Shown in pieces: positions 1 through 10,564 of a stretch of DNA of 32,000 nt (its first letter is position 1; the number at the start of each line of letters is the position of its first letter). The notes beneath the pieces are model-generated. The model ran no database searches and was not told where the DNA came from. It saw only the letters and a list, made by a program, of their open reading frames with translations. The stretch lies in sequence record SDGA01000013.1; one strand, 5' to 3'. A program made the translations under genes and the position numbers.

Positions 1-231
1 ACGTTGTTATCGATGGTGTATTGGGTGTGGTTAGTGGTGAAGAGTTGGGAGAGGAGTAAGGAGAGTGAAGTAGAGGTGGAAGGAAGGAGTATAGAGTGGG
101 GAATGGGTAGGATAGGATATCATAATTGGAAGGAAGAGGTGATGTTAGTGAAGGAAGATGAAGAGAAGGAGGGAGAAAGAGAGGAAAGGATGAGTGAAGG
201 AAGGAGAAGTAGGTTGTGTGTGGAGACGTAA
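1..231 (+). CDS. cox1: cox1 3' end (partial, cut by the window start)
   Basis: The translation [51 protein letters not shown] equals the C-terminus of the cox1 ORF ending at 22715. A 1-nt difference (ggaagatgaag vs ggaagaatgaag) removes the copy-2 TGA, so the ORF runs on to 231. Confidence 0.85.
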   Translation, partial: TLLSMVYWVWLVVKSWERSKESEVEVEGRSIEWGMGRIGYHNWKEEVMLVKEDEEKEGEREERMSEGRRSRLCVET

Positions 232-574
232 GGAAGGAGATGAGTAGAAGGAGAAGGGGAGTGAGTAGGAAAGATGGAGGGAGAGAATAAAAAGGGGAGA
301 AGAGATAGGATATTAAAGAGGAGAGTGAGAAGAAGAGAGAGAAGAGGGTGAGGAGAAAGAAGAAGAAAAAGAGAAGAGGTAAGAGAGAGGGAGAGAGAAG
401 AGAGAGAAGAAGGAAGAAGGAGAGGGGTTGAGGTAGAAGAAGGAAGGAGAGAGAGAAGGAAAGGTGTAAAGGAAGAAGGAAGAGTAGGTGAAGAGAGAGG
501 AAAAGGGAGAAAGAGGAAAGAAGGAGAGGGAAGAAGGAGAAAGAAAGGAGGTGTAAGAGTAGGGAGAGTAGAAG
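228..574 (+). repeat. C-free, purine-rich low-complexity spacer (copy 1)
   Basis: No C between the c at 227 and the c at 575. The tract is almost entirely A/G with sparse T. Confidence 0.9.
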
Positions 575-648
575 CAAAGAGGAGAAAGCTGTCGCACTGT
601 AAATGCGGAGGAGAAATCCAAATGTAGGTTCGAGTCCTATCTCTCTCA
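562..648 (+). tRNA. trnY: tRNA-Tyr (GUA), long variable arm
   Basis: Acceptor gggagag/ctctctc, anticodon stem tcgca/tgcgg, loop ctGTAaa, T arm gtagg-ttcgagt-cctat, 15-nt variable arm. Resembles organellar trnY (GGGAGAGT...ACTGTAAAT...GTAGGTTCGA). The D stem is weakened (3 bp). Confidence 0.75.
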
Positions 649-660
649 GGGGAGGTAGGA

Positions 661-1840
661 ATGGAAGGGTGTGTGTTGGTGTACAAGTACGGAAGAGGAA
701 GTATAATAGAGGAGATAGGTAAGGAAGGAATAAGGAAGGGTATGGGTATAGGAAGTATATGGAGTAGTGTAGAGGGAGTGGGTGTGATAATAATAATGGG
801 ATGATGATGGTGAGTATAAAAAGGGGAGTAAGGTATAGGAGGGAGGGTAAGATAATAGGAGAGTAATGAGTATGAGTAGGGAGATAATAGGAAGAAAGGA
901 GGAGGAGTAGAAGTGGAGGAAGTAAAGAAGCAGTTGAAAGAGGAGAAGGAATTGTGGCATCCGGTGATGATGTTAATGGGGTATGTAATACAGAGTATGG
1001 GTAATGGTAGGAGTGACGTAAGAAGAAGGAAGGTAGAGAGATAAGCATGTTAGTGGTGAGTATAGGTATAATAATGGGAGGAGAGTGGTCGATGGAGATA
1101 GAGGGTTGGGGAGGATATTGGAGTTGGGATGGAGTAGAGAAGGTGAGTATGATAGTGTGGATGATGATAATAAGTGGTATACATAGTGAGAGGAATAGAG
1201 GAATAAGTAGGGTAGAGTGGGGAATGAGTATGTATATGAGTGAGAAGATAGGAAGGGGAGGAATAGAGAGTATACATAGTTTTGTGGGTAGAAGAGGAAT
1301 AAGGGAGGAGTGGATATGGGTAGTAGTGAGTATGAGAAAAGTGGAAGGAAGAAGAGAGAGTAAGGAGTTGAGTAAAAAGATGATAGTGATGGTGATGGTG
1401 TTAGTGGGGATAGGAGAGGTGGGAATAAAGAGTGTAGTGTTAGGAGTGTGTATGTTGTGGTGGAAGCCGTATAGGATAATGGGAGGAGTAATGGGAGGAA
1501 GAGGAGAAAAGGAGTGGGAAGAGAAAGGAGGAGGAGAGTTAGTGAGTGTATGTAGAGAGGTGGGAGTGCATAGAGTGATAGGAATGGGAATGATGTTAGT
1601 GATGTTAGGAGAGGAGGAAGAAAAGGAGAGTAAGAGAGTGTTGAATAAGGAAGAAGAAGAGGGAAAGTGTGGTTAGAGGGTAAGAGTAGTAAGAGGAGTA
1701 TAATGAAGGAGGAAGTAAAGAAGGAAAGGATAAGAGAGTATAGTGAGGTGAGGATAGAGGAGATAGGAGGAATAATGATAGGATGTATGGTAGCCCATTG
1801 GAGCAATTTGAAGTGGTATCGTTGTATAAGATGGAGGTAG
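661..1840 (+). pseudogene. ccmF: ccmF, frameshifted copy (probably sequence error; intact copy at 23220-24404)
   Basis: Same sequence as 23220-24404 but with several 1-nt homopolymer differences (for example aatgggatgatg vs aatggggatgatg). Only a 209-aa piece (1047-1676) stays open. Confidence 0.8.
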
Positions 1841-2520
1841 AGGGAAGGGAGATAGGTATAAGTAATATAGGAGTATATATAATAATGTTGAGTATAGTAT
1901 GGGTAAGGAAGATGGAGAGGAGAAGAGTGAGGTTAAAGAAGGGAAGGTGGGAGTGGATAGGAGAGGAGTATTATAGGCAGATAGGAAGGATAGTAAAGGA
2001 GAATGTGGGAGAGGAGAGATATGTGAAGATAATATACATAATAGGAGGAATGATAATAATGAGTAATATGAGTGGAATGGTGCCGTATAGTTATACGGTA
2101 ACGAGTCAGATAGGAGTAAGCATGTGTATGAGTATGATGGTGTTTATAGGAGTAAATATAATAGGAATAAGAGAAAGGGGAAGTGAGTTGAGTAGTATAT
2201 GGTGGCCATCAGGAGTAGGATATAGGATGGGAGTGATGATAGTGGGGATAGAGATGATATCGTATATGATGAAGGTGGTGACGTTAGGAGTGAGATTGAC
2301 GGCGAATATGTTATCAGGGCATACGTTGTTGGTGATAATAAGTAGTATGGTGAGTAGTGTATATAAGATGGGAGGAATGAAGAGTATGATGGGGTTGTTG
2401 GGAGGAGGAGGGATGTTGGTGATGTTGGTGATGTTGGAGTTGATGATAGGAGTGTTGCAGGGGTATGTATTTGTGTTGTTGAGTAGTATATATATAAGGG
2501 ATGTGAGAGAGGAGCATTGA
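1783..2520 (+). CDS. atp6: ATP synthase F0 subunit a
   Basis: N-terminal SPLEQFEV and the TLGVRLTANMLSGH motif. ATG start, TGA stop. Confidence 0.95.
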   Translation: MYGSPLEQFEVVSLYKMEVEGREIGISNIGVYIIMLSIVWVRKMERRRVRLKKGRWEWIGEEYYRQIGRIVKENVGEERYVKIIYIIGGMIIMSNMSGMVPYSYTVTSQIGVSMCMSMMVFIGVNIIGIRERGSELSSIWWPSGVGYRMGVMIVGIEMISYMMKVVTLGVRLTANMLSGHTLLVIISSMVSSVYKMGGMKSMMGLLGGGGMLVMLVMLELMIGVLQGYVFVLLSSIYIRDVREEH

Positions 2521-2523
2521 AGG

Positions 2524-2754
2524 ATGCCGCAGATGGATGTGGTGATAATAATAAATGAGGTAATAGGGTTGGGAGTAGGGTTAGGGATAGTATATAGGGG
2601 AGTGGAAGAGGGAATAAAGAGTAAGTATAAGAGTATGAGGATAGGAGTGGAAGAAGAAAGGAGAAGAAGAGAGGTAAAGAAGGAGGAGGTAGAAGTAAGG
2701 AGAGTAGTGTTGGTAGAGAAGAGGAGGAGTAAGGAGTGTAGGGAGTTGTGGTAG
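2524..2754 (+). CDS. atp8: ATP synthase F0 subunit 8
   Basis: Starts with the canonical MPQMD, then one hydrophobic helix and a basic/acidic tail. Lies directly after atp6. Confidence 0.8.
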   Translation: MPQMDVVIIINEVIGLGVGLGIVYRGVEEGIKSKYKSMRIGVEEERRRREVKKEEVEVRRVVLVEKRRSKECRELW

Positions 2755-4473
2755 ATGAGTGTGTTGTGTGTGGTGTTGCCGATAATAGGAGGAGTAATGG
2801 GTATGGTGAGTGGTAGAAAAATAGGGAATGAGGGAAGTATAAGAGTGAATATAAGGAGTATGAGAGTAAGTGTAATAGTGGTGAGTATGGAGATGTATGA
2901 GGTAGTGATAAGAGGAGGAAAGAAGGAGGTGAAGTTAGGAGAGTGGATGAGGGAGGGAGTAGAGAGGATAGAATGGGGAATAATAGAGGAGAGGGAAGTG
3001 TTGGAGATGATGTGGATGGTGATAGTGGTGGGGAGTATAGTGGAAGAGTATAGTAGAGGATATATGAAGGAGGAGAGTGAGAAGGGAAGGTTTATGAGTA
3101 TAGTGAGTATATTTATAGGGAGTATGATGATAGTGGTAGGAAGTGAGAATATGTTGGAGATGTATGTGGGGTGGGAGGGGATAGGGATATGTTCGTATAT
3201 GTTGATAAGTTATTGGAGTAGTAGAAGGGAGACGAGTAAGGCGGGAATGAAAGCGATGGTGATAAATAGGATAGGAGATATGGGTATAATGTTGGGAATA
3301 GGTAAGGTGTATGTGAGTTATGGAACGGTGTCGTATGGAGTGATGAAGGAGGTAGTAATAGAGGAGGATAAGATAATGGGAATAATGATAATAATGGGAG
3401 TGATGACGAAATCGTCGCAGATGGGAATGCAGACGTGGTTATCGGATGCAATGGAGGGTCCGACTCCGGTAAGTGCATTGATCCATGCAGCGACATTGGT
3501 GACGGCGGGAGTGTATGTAGTGGTGAGAATGGAAGGGATAGTGGGGAATAAGGTAGTATTGATAGGGATAGGAGGAGGGAGTATAGTGTATATAGGGATG
3601 TTGGGGATATATGCGCAGGATATAAAGAAGATAATAGCGTATAGTACGGGAAGTCAGTTGGGATATATGGTGTTGAGTGTGGGAGTGGAGAGTAGTAATA
3701 ACAGTATAAGTCATGTGGTAAATCATGGTATAATGAAGGGGTTGTTGTTTATGAGTGCAGGAGGAATAATACATGGAAATAGAGAGGAGCAGGATATAAG
3801 AAAGATGGGAGGAAATAGGATAGAGGTGAGTAAGATGGGAATAATAATAGGTAGTATGGGAATAATGGGAGTGGAGTATAGTAGTGGGTATGAGTCGAAG
3901 GAGGAGATAATAAGGGAGAGTAGTATGAGCAGATATGGAGAAATAACGAGTATGTTAGGAGTGAGTATAACAAGTTATTACAGTGTAAGGATGATAAAGA
4001 GGGTAGTGTGTAGTGAAAGGAAGAAGAAGAGGGAGGAGGAAGAGGAGAAGGAGATAAAGAGGAGTATAGTGATAATGAGTATGATAGGAGTGGTAATGGG
4101 GTATATGAAGAGGGAGTGGGAGAGGGAAGAATGGAGTGAAGAGTTGGGGATAGGAGTAAAGATGATGATGATAATAGGGATAATAATGGGAGTGAAGAAA
4201 GATAAGATAAAAGAGAGAAGAATAGGAAGGGTAATAGGTAAGAGATGGTATAATGAGGTATGGCAGAATAGGTGGATAGGGAGTAAGGTGGAGGAGTGTG
4301 GAAGGGAGATAGTGTTGGGAATAGATAGGAAGATATTAGAGGAAATGGGTAGAAAGGGAAGTAGAGAGTGTATGTTGGAGATGGAGAAAAAGGTAAGGAG
4401 TAGGGGAAATGTGAGTAGGTATGTAATGGGGATGGTGATGGGAATAATAATGTGGGGATGGAGTTGTGGATAG
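2755..4473 (+). CDS. nad5: NADH dehydrogenase subunit 5
   Basis: Motif AMEGPTPVSALIHAATLVTAGVY. The ATG abuts the atp8 TAG. Confidence 0.95.
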   Translation: MSVLCVVLPIIGGVMGMVSGRKIGNEGSIRVNIRSMRVSVIVVSMEMYEVVIRGGKKEVKLGEWMREGVERIEWGIIEEREVLEMMWMVIVVGSIVEEYSRGYMKEESEKGRFMSIVSIFIGSMMIVVGSENMLEMYVGWEGIGICSYMLISYWSSRRETSKAGMKAMVINRIGDMGIMLGIGKVYVSYGTVSYGVMKEVVIEEDKIMGIMIIMGVMTKSSQMGMQTWLSDAMEGPTPVSALIHAATLVTAGVYVVVRMEGIVGNKVVLIGIGGGSIVYIGMLGIYAQDIKKIIAYSTGSQLGYMVLSVGVESSNNSISHVVNHGIMKGLLFMSAGGIIHGNREEQDIRKMGGNRIEVSKMGIIIGSMGIMGVEYSSGYESKEEIIRESSMSRYGEITSMLGVSITSYYSVRMIKRVVCSERKKKREEEEEKEIKRSIVIMSMIGVVMGYMKREWEREEWSEELGIGVKMMMIIGIIMGVKKDKIKERRIGRVIGKRWYNEVWQNRWIGSKVEECGREIVLGIDRKILEEMGRKGSRECMLEMEKKVRSRGNVSRYVMGMVMGIIMWGWSCG

Positions 4474-4475
4474 GA

Positions 4476-5828
4476 ATGATAAGTCCATGGATAGGGAGTA
4501 TAATGATAAGTATGAGTAAGAGGAGTGGTAGGAAGGGAATAATAAGTAGTGGAATAGTATGGGTAGTGATGACGAGGGAGTTAGTAAAGAGGGTAAGTAA
4601 AGGAGGAGAAGTAAGTGAGGAGAGGATGGAGAATATGTGGTATTCGGTGGGAGTGGATGGGATGTCGATAGGGTTTATGTGGTTGACGAGTGTGTTAGTG
4701 AGTGTGAGTATAATAAGTGAGTATAAGAAGGAGAAGGGAATACAGGAGCAGTTGTTGATAATGGAGGGGATATTAATGGAGGTGTTTAGTGTAAGGGATA
4801 TAGTGTGGTTTTATGTGAGTTATGAGGGAGTATTGATTCCGATGGTGATGATGTTGGGTAGGGGAGGAAGTAGGGAGCGTAGGATAAGAGCGGTATATAT
4901 GTTGATAATATATACGTTGTTGGGGTCGATGATAATGATGATGGGGATAATAGTGATGTATGTAAGTGTGGGAAGTAGTGGGTATGAGGTGTTAATGAAT
5001 GTGAGGTATGGAGAGAGAATAGGAGGGTGGTTGTGGTGGAGTATAATGATAAGTATGATGATAAAGATGCCGTTGATACCGTTGCATGTGTGGTTGCCAG
5101 AGGTGCATGCAGAAGCGCCAACAGTGGGATCAGTGATGTTAGCAGGGATAATGTTAAAGATGGGAGGATATGGTATGTTGAGGATAGGGATAGGTATGTT
5201 GAGTGAGGAGAGTGTGTATAATAGTCCGGTGATATATGTGATGAGTGTAATATCAGGAGTGTATGGAGGAATGAGCACGATAAGTCAGATAGATTGGAAG
5301 AAGATAATAGCGTATTCGTCGATAGTACATATGGGAATGGTAGGAGTAGGAATGTATAGTATGAGGAGAGAGGGTTATAGTGGAAGTATAATGATGATGA
5401 TAAGTCATGGGATAATATCGTCAGGTATGTTTATGGTGGTGGGAATGATGTATGAGAGATATAAGACGAGGTGGATAAAGTATTATGGAGGAATGGAAAG
5501 AGGAATGCCGATAATGAGTAGGATAATGTGGATGTTGAGTATGGGAAATATGGGAGTGCCGTTAACGAGTGGGTATGTGAGTGAGATGTGGATAATGTGG
5601 GGTATAATGAGTGTGAGTAAAGAGATAGGAGTAATGATGAGTATAAGTATGATACTGACAGTGGTGTATACGATATGGATGTATAATAGGGTGTATAAGG
5701 GAGAGAAGAAGGAGTATATAAGAAAGGAGGAGGATATAAGTAGAAGGGAATATAACAGTGTAAGTGTGTTGTTGGTAATAATGATAATAATGGGAGTAAA
5801 GCCGAGTATATGGAGTGAGTTATGGTAA
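4476..5828 (+). CDS. nad4: NADH dehydrogenase subunit 4
   Basis: Motif LHVWLPEVHAEAPTVGSVMLAGIMLKMGGYG. This is the first ATG after the nad5 stop. The ORF opens at a GTG at 4452, and an ATG at 4458 is also possible. Confidence 0.92.
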   Translation: MISPWIGSIMISMSKRSGRKGIISSGIVWVVMTRELVKRVSKGGEVSEERMENMWYSVGVDGMSIGFMWLTSVLVSVSIISEYKKEKGIQEQLLIMEGILMEVFSVRDIVWFYVSYEGVLIPMVMMLGRGGSRERRIRAVYMLIIYTLLGSMIMMMGIIVMYVSVGSSGYEVLMNVRYGERIGGWLWWSIMISMMIKMPLIPLHVWLPEVHAEAPTVGSVMLAGIMLKMGGYGMLRIGIGMLSEESVYNSPVIYVMSVISGVYGGMSTISQIDWKKIIAYSSIVHMGMVGVGMYSMRREGYSGSIMMMISHGIISSGMFMVVGMMYERYKTRWIKYYGGMERGMPIMSRIMWMLSMGNMGVPLTSGYVSEMWIMWGIMSVSKEIGVMMSISMILTVVYTIWMYNRVYKGEKKEYIRKEEDISRREYNSVSVLLVIMIIMGVKPSIWSELW

Positions 5829-7084
5829 GTGTGTATATAATAGGAATGAGCTTGATAGAGATGATAGTAGGAATAAGAAGGAAGGAGCAGAGGATAAGGG
5901 AGGTGACAGTGTATAGTATGATAATAGGAGGAATGATGGAGAAGGAGAGTGAGGAGGGAATAAAGATATATAGGATGATAATGGAGGAAGAGGGAAGTAA
6001 GAGGGGAGTAATAGGGATAATGATAATAGGAGGAATGATAATAATGTTAGGTAGAAGGAGGAAGGAGGAGGAGATAATAATAATGCAGATGAGTGAGGGG
6101 TATAAGATGATGATGATGGGAAATGAATGGATGGTGGTATATATGGGGATGGAATGGCAGTCGATGGGAATGTATAGTATAGGTATAGGAAGAGGAAGGA
6201 GTGTAAAGGAGAGAGAGGCAGGGATAAAGTATATGATAGTGAGTGGAATAGCAGGAGGGATGTATTTGATGGGAGTGGTGAGGAATTATAAGGAAACGGG
6301 AAGTATGAAGATAATAGAGAGTGAATGGATAGAGGGTAAGAAAGGATGGATAATAGGAAGTGTAATGATGAAGATGGGAGTGGTACCAATGCATATGTGG
6401 ATAAGGGAGATATATGAAGGAATAAGTAAGAGGAGTATAGAGGTGTATGGAGTGTGGCCGAAGTGGGTAATAGGGAATATGCTGAGTAGGTGGGAAGTGG
6501 GAGGAGAGGGAGTATGGGTAATAGTGGTAATGGGTAGTATAATAGTGGGAAGTATAGGAGGATATGGAGAGGAGAGTATAAGGAGGTGGATAGGGTATAG
6601 TACGATAGGTCAGATGGGGTATATGTTGATGGGAATGAGTATGGGAAATAAAGAGGAGAGTGTGGAGTATTACATGTGTGGGTATAGTATAATGATGATG
6701 GGAATATTGGGTTGGTGGAGTAGGAAGAGAGAGAGGAGGATGAAGGAGTTAGTGATGTGTAGTAAGAGGGAGGAAGTAAAGAGTGGAGTAATGATGGTGT
6801 TGTTGTATTCGATGATGGGAATGCCAGTAATGATGGGATTTTGGAGTAAGTATAGGGTGATGATAGAGAGTGTAAGGAGTGGAGAATATGGAATGGGAGT
6901 AGTGGGAGTGATAGGAGGAGTAATAGGAGGATATTATTATGTGAAGATGATAGAGAAGGTGTATTTTAAGGAGAAGAGGGAGATAGAGAGGGGAGAGTTG
7001 AAGGAGAGAGAGGGAGAGGTAATAATGAGTATGATGGGAGTAGGAGTAGTATGGTTGGGAATGGAAGAGATGAATATAATATGA
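5822..7084 (+). CDS. nad2: NADH dehydrogenase subunit 2
   Basis: Motif GVVPMHMWIREIYEG (compare PFHFWLPDVYEG) and a polytopic hydrophobic profile. Overlaps the nad4 end (ATGGTAA). Confidence 0.88.
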   Translation: MVSVYIIGMSLIEMIVGIRRKEQRIREVTVYSMIIGGMMEKESEEGIKIYRMIMEEEGSKRGVIGIMIIGGMIIMLGRRRKEEEIIIMQMSEGYKMMMMGNEWMVVYMGMEWQSMGMYSIGIGRGRSVKEREAGIKYMIVSGIAGGMYLMGVVRNYKETGSMKIIESEWIEGKKGWIIGSVMMKMGVVPMHMWIREIYEGISKRSIEVYGVWPKWVIGNMLSRWEVGGEGVWVIVVMGSIIVGSIGGYGEESIRRWIGYSTIGQMGYMLMGMSMGNKEESVEYYMCGYSIMMMGILGWWSRKRERRMKELVMCSKREEVKSGVMMVLLYSMMGMPVMMGFWSKYRVMIESVRSGEYGMGVVGVIGGVIGGYYYVKMIEKVYFKEKREIERGELKEREGEVIMSMMGVGVVWLGMEEMNII

Positions 7085-8055
7085 AGGAAGGAGTAAGTAA
7101 GATAATAATAGAGGGAGTAAGTAAGGAGATAGTGATGTTGTTGCCGATGTTGATAGGAGTAGCATATATGACATTGGGAGAGAGGAAAGTGTTAGGAGGA
7201 ATGCAGAGGAGAAAAGGTCCGAATAAGGTAGGGATAGTAGGGATAGGTCAGCCGATAGCGGATGGGATAAAATTGATGATAAAGGAGGGAGTGAAGCCAG
7301 TGCGTTCGGAGGGAGTGATGTATAAGGCGGGTCCGATAGTGACATGGATGTTGAGTATGTTAGGTTGGAGTGTAGTAGGGATAGGAGAGGGAGAGGTGAT
7401 AGTGGAGATAGAGATAGGGATAATAGTGTGGATGAGTATAGGATCGTTGGGAGTGTATGGAGTAATAATAGGAGGATGGTCGAGTAGTTCGCAGTATAGT
7501 ATAATGGGAGGATTAAGGAGTGGAGCGCAGATAGTATCGTATGAGTTGGGAATGGGAGTAATGATGATATGTGTAATAATAGGAGTGGGAAGTGGAGATA
7601 TAAGTAGGATAGTAGAGGTGCAGGAGGGAGTGTGGAATATAAGTGTGATGATGCCAGTAGTGGTGATGTATATGTGTGTGATATTAGCAGAGACGAATAG
7701 GACGCCGTTTGATTTGCCGGAGGCGGAGGCGGAGTTAGTAGCGGGATATAATGTGGAGTATGGAGGAATGGGGTTTGGGATGTATTTTTTAGCAGAATAT
7801 GGAAATATAATATTAATGAGTGTAATGAGTAGTGTAATATTAATGGGAGGATGGAATAGTAAGTATGTAAGTGGAGAGATAATAATGGGGATAAAGAGTA
7901 GTGTAATAGTGTATGTGTATATATGGATAAGAGGAAGTTGGTGTCGTTATAGGTATGATCAGTTGATGAGGATAGGTTGGAAGGGAGTATTAATATATGG
8001 AGGAGGATATATAATAGTGGTAGGAAGTATAATGTGGAGTATAGGAGGAGTATGA
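7081..8055 (+). CDS. nad1: NADH dehydrogenase subunit 1
   Basis: Motifs [29 protein letters not shown] and ETNRTPFDLPEAEAELVAGYNVEY. ATGA overlap with the nad2 stop. Confidence 0.95.
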   Translation: MKEGVSKIIIEGVSKEIVMLLPMLIGVAYMTLGERKVLGGMQRRKGPNKVGIVGIGQPIADGIKLMIKEGVKPVRSEGVMYKAGPIVTWMLSMLGWSVVGIGEGEVIVEIEIGIIVWMSIGSLGVYGVIIGGWSSSSQYSIMGGLRSGAQIVSYELGMGVMMICVIIGVGSGDISRIVEVQEGVWNISVMMPVVVMYMCVILAETNRTPFDLPEAEAELVAGYNVEYGGMGFGMYFLAEYGNIILMSVMSSVILMGGWNSKYVSGEIIMGIKSSVIVYVYIWIRGSWCRYRYDQLMRIGWKGVLIYGGGYIIVVGSIMWSIGGV

Positions 8056-8408
8056 ACAGAGAATATGGGATATTAATGGTAGTGTTAGTAATGAGTATGT
8101 TGGTGAGTATGTTAGTGATGGAGATATGGGAAAGAATAAGTGAGGAGAAGAAAGATAGGGAGAAGGAGAGTGCATATGAGTGTGGATTTAATCCGTTTAT
8201 GGAGGAAAAGAGTGGATATGAGATGAGGTATTATAAATTGGGGATAATGTATATAATAATGGATGTAGAGATAAGCTATATGTATCCATGGAGTATAGGA
8301 ATGGTAGAGATAGGTAAAGAGGGAGTAGTAGGAGGAATAATATTTATGTTGATGTTAACGATAGGTTATGTGTATGAATGGAAGAAAGGAGGAATAGAAT
8401 GGGAGTGA
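8052..8408 (+). CDS. nad3: NADH dehydrogenase subunit 3
   Basis: Motif YECGFNPF. ATGA overlap with the nad1 stop. TGA stop. Confidence 0.9.
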   Translation: MNREYGILMVVLVMSMLVSMLVMEIWERISEEKKDREKESAYECGFNPFMEEKSGYEMRYYKLGIMYIIMDVEISYMYPWSIGMVEIGKEGVVGGIIFMLMLTIGYVYEWKKGGIEWE

Positions 8409-8422
8409 GGAAATCCGTGTAA

Positions 8423-8848
<426 letters not shown>

Positions 8849-8898
8849 GAAAGTCGTAAGAAAGAAGAGGAATAAGTAGGACAGAAGAAAAGAGGGTT

Positions 8899-9102
8899 AT
8901 GAGAGAGAGTATAAGGATATGGGTAATAATGGAGGTAATAGGAGTAATAGCATCAGGAGTAAAAGGGATAGATGTAGGTAAAGGAATGATGATAAGACAT
9001 ATGAAAGAAGGAATGGAGAATATAAGGAAGGATTATAGTAAAGAGGAAATAATGGTAGAGTTGATAAAAGGAGTGTATGTAGGAATGGTGAGTGTGATGT
9101 AA
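8899..9102 (+). CDS. orf67, possible succinate dehydrogenase membrane anchor subunit 4
   Basis: Small hydrophobic ORF with RHMKEGMENIRKDY. This fits the H-x3-G-x6-D-Y spacing of the SdhD heme-His / quinone Asp-Tyr motif (E. coli HAWIGMWQVLTDY). Present in both copies. Confidence 0.45.
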   Translation: MRESIRIWVIMEVIGVIASGVKGIDVGKGMMIRHMKEGMENIRKDYSKEEIMVELIKGVYVGMVSVM

Positions 9103-9109
9103 AGGAAGA

Positions 9110-10270
9110 GTAGAGTAAGAGAGAGGTGTATGATGCAAGCAAAGCAGGGACGCAGTAATCAGGGTATAACACATGCAAGTAGGAGAGCGTACGGGTGAGT
9201 AAAGAGGTGTGAAAGAAGTCGAGAAAGAGGAAAGCACAAATGTGAGTAGAAATGGGAAGAAAAAAGCCCAGTAAGGAGAGCAAAGCGAGAATCTGAGAGG
9301 AGGAAAGCCACATTGGCACTGAGAAAAGGGCCAAACAAGAATGTCAGCAGTGGGGAAAATTGGGCAATGTGCAGGAAAGCATGACCCAGCAATGAGAAGT
9401 GAGGAGAGTTAGAGAAGGAGATAAAAAGAAGGAGTAAAGAGGAAGTTATGGCAAAAAAACGTGCCAGCAGCAGCGGTAAAACGTGTGTAGCGAGCGTAGG
9501 GCAAAAGAACTGGGTGTAAAGTTGAGTAGTGGTGAAAGTGTAAAGAAAAGGGTAAGGAGAGAAGAAGAGAGGGATGAAATGCGAAGAAAGAGAAAGAAAG
9601 GCAGTAAGAAAAGAAAGAAAGACACGAGAAATGAGGCGAGAAGGCTTAGGAAGTGAAAGGGATTAGGTACCCCTGTAGTCTAGGCAGTAAAAGAAAGAAT
9701 GAGAGAGAAGAAAGGAAGTCATTCCACCAGGGGAGTAAAGACGCAAGAAAGAAACCCAAAGCAATTGACGGGAATCGGAAAAAGGGGTGGGTCACGTAAA
9801 TTAATCCGATGTAAAACGAGAACCTTACCCATGAAGTAGAGGTGCTGCACGGCTGTCTAAAGTACGTGCTGTGAGGTGTGAAGGTAACGGACGAGAGAGT
9901 AAAGAGAGAAAAAGAAGGCAAGTAGAGGGCGGCCCGTAAGCATGGGGCAAAAGACGTGACACAGAGTAGGAAGCAAAGAAAAGAGAGAAGTAGAGGAAGT
10001 AAAAGAAGAAAGAAAGAACTAAGAGGTACGGAAAGCACAAGGAAGGAGTGTGAAGGAAGAAGGAATCCCAAGTAATAGTGTAAGAAAAAGGCGCGGTGAA
10101 AGAGTGAACGGATTGTGTACACACTGCCCGTCAAGTTCTGGGAGTGTGCTAAGAATAAGAAAGAAAAGAAGAGGAAGAAAAGAAGAAGGAAAGTGAAGAG
10201 AAAAGATAAAAATTAGCAGATGACTGGAATTAAGTCGTAACAAGGTAGGCGTAGGAGAACCTGTGGCTGG
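9110..10270 (+). rRNA. rns: Small-subunit rRNA (reduced, about 1.16 kb; 5' end approximate)
   Basis: Universal blocks aacacatgcaagt, acgggtgagtaa, gtgccagcagcagcggtaa, attaggtacccctgtagtc, aattgacggg, ggtgctgcacggctgtc, gtacacactgcccgtc, aagtcgtaacaaggtaggcgtaggagaacctgtggctgg. Confidence 0.93.
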
Positions 10271-10273
10271 AAA

Positions 10274-10564
10274 ATGGAATTAAGTGTAGTAATATATATA
10301 ATAGGAATAATAGGGATAATAATAAATAGGAGGAATATAATAATAATGATAATGAGTATGGAAATGATGTTAATGGGAGGAAATATAGGAATGTGTGAAG
10401 GATCGGTAGGAATGGAAGATATAATGGGAGAATGTAATGTGTTGTTAGTGTTAACGGTAGCAGCGGGAGAAGCGGGAATAGGTTTGAGTATGTTAATGTT
10501 GCAGTATAAGAGAGAGAGGAGTATAAGAGTAGAGGATATGAATATAATGGAGGGAGAGTGGTAA
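10274..10564 (+). CDS. nad4L: NADH dehydrogenase subunit 4L
   Basis: 96 aa. MSMEMMLMGGN and LTVAAGEAGIGLSML match the NAD4L pattern. Confidence 0.88.
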   Translation: MELSVVIYIIGIIGIIINRRNIIIMIMSMEMMLMGGNIGMCEGSVGMEDIMGECNVLLVLTVAAGEAGIGLSMLMLQYKRERSIRVEDMNIMEGEW

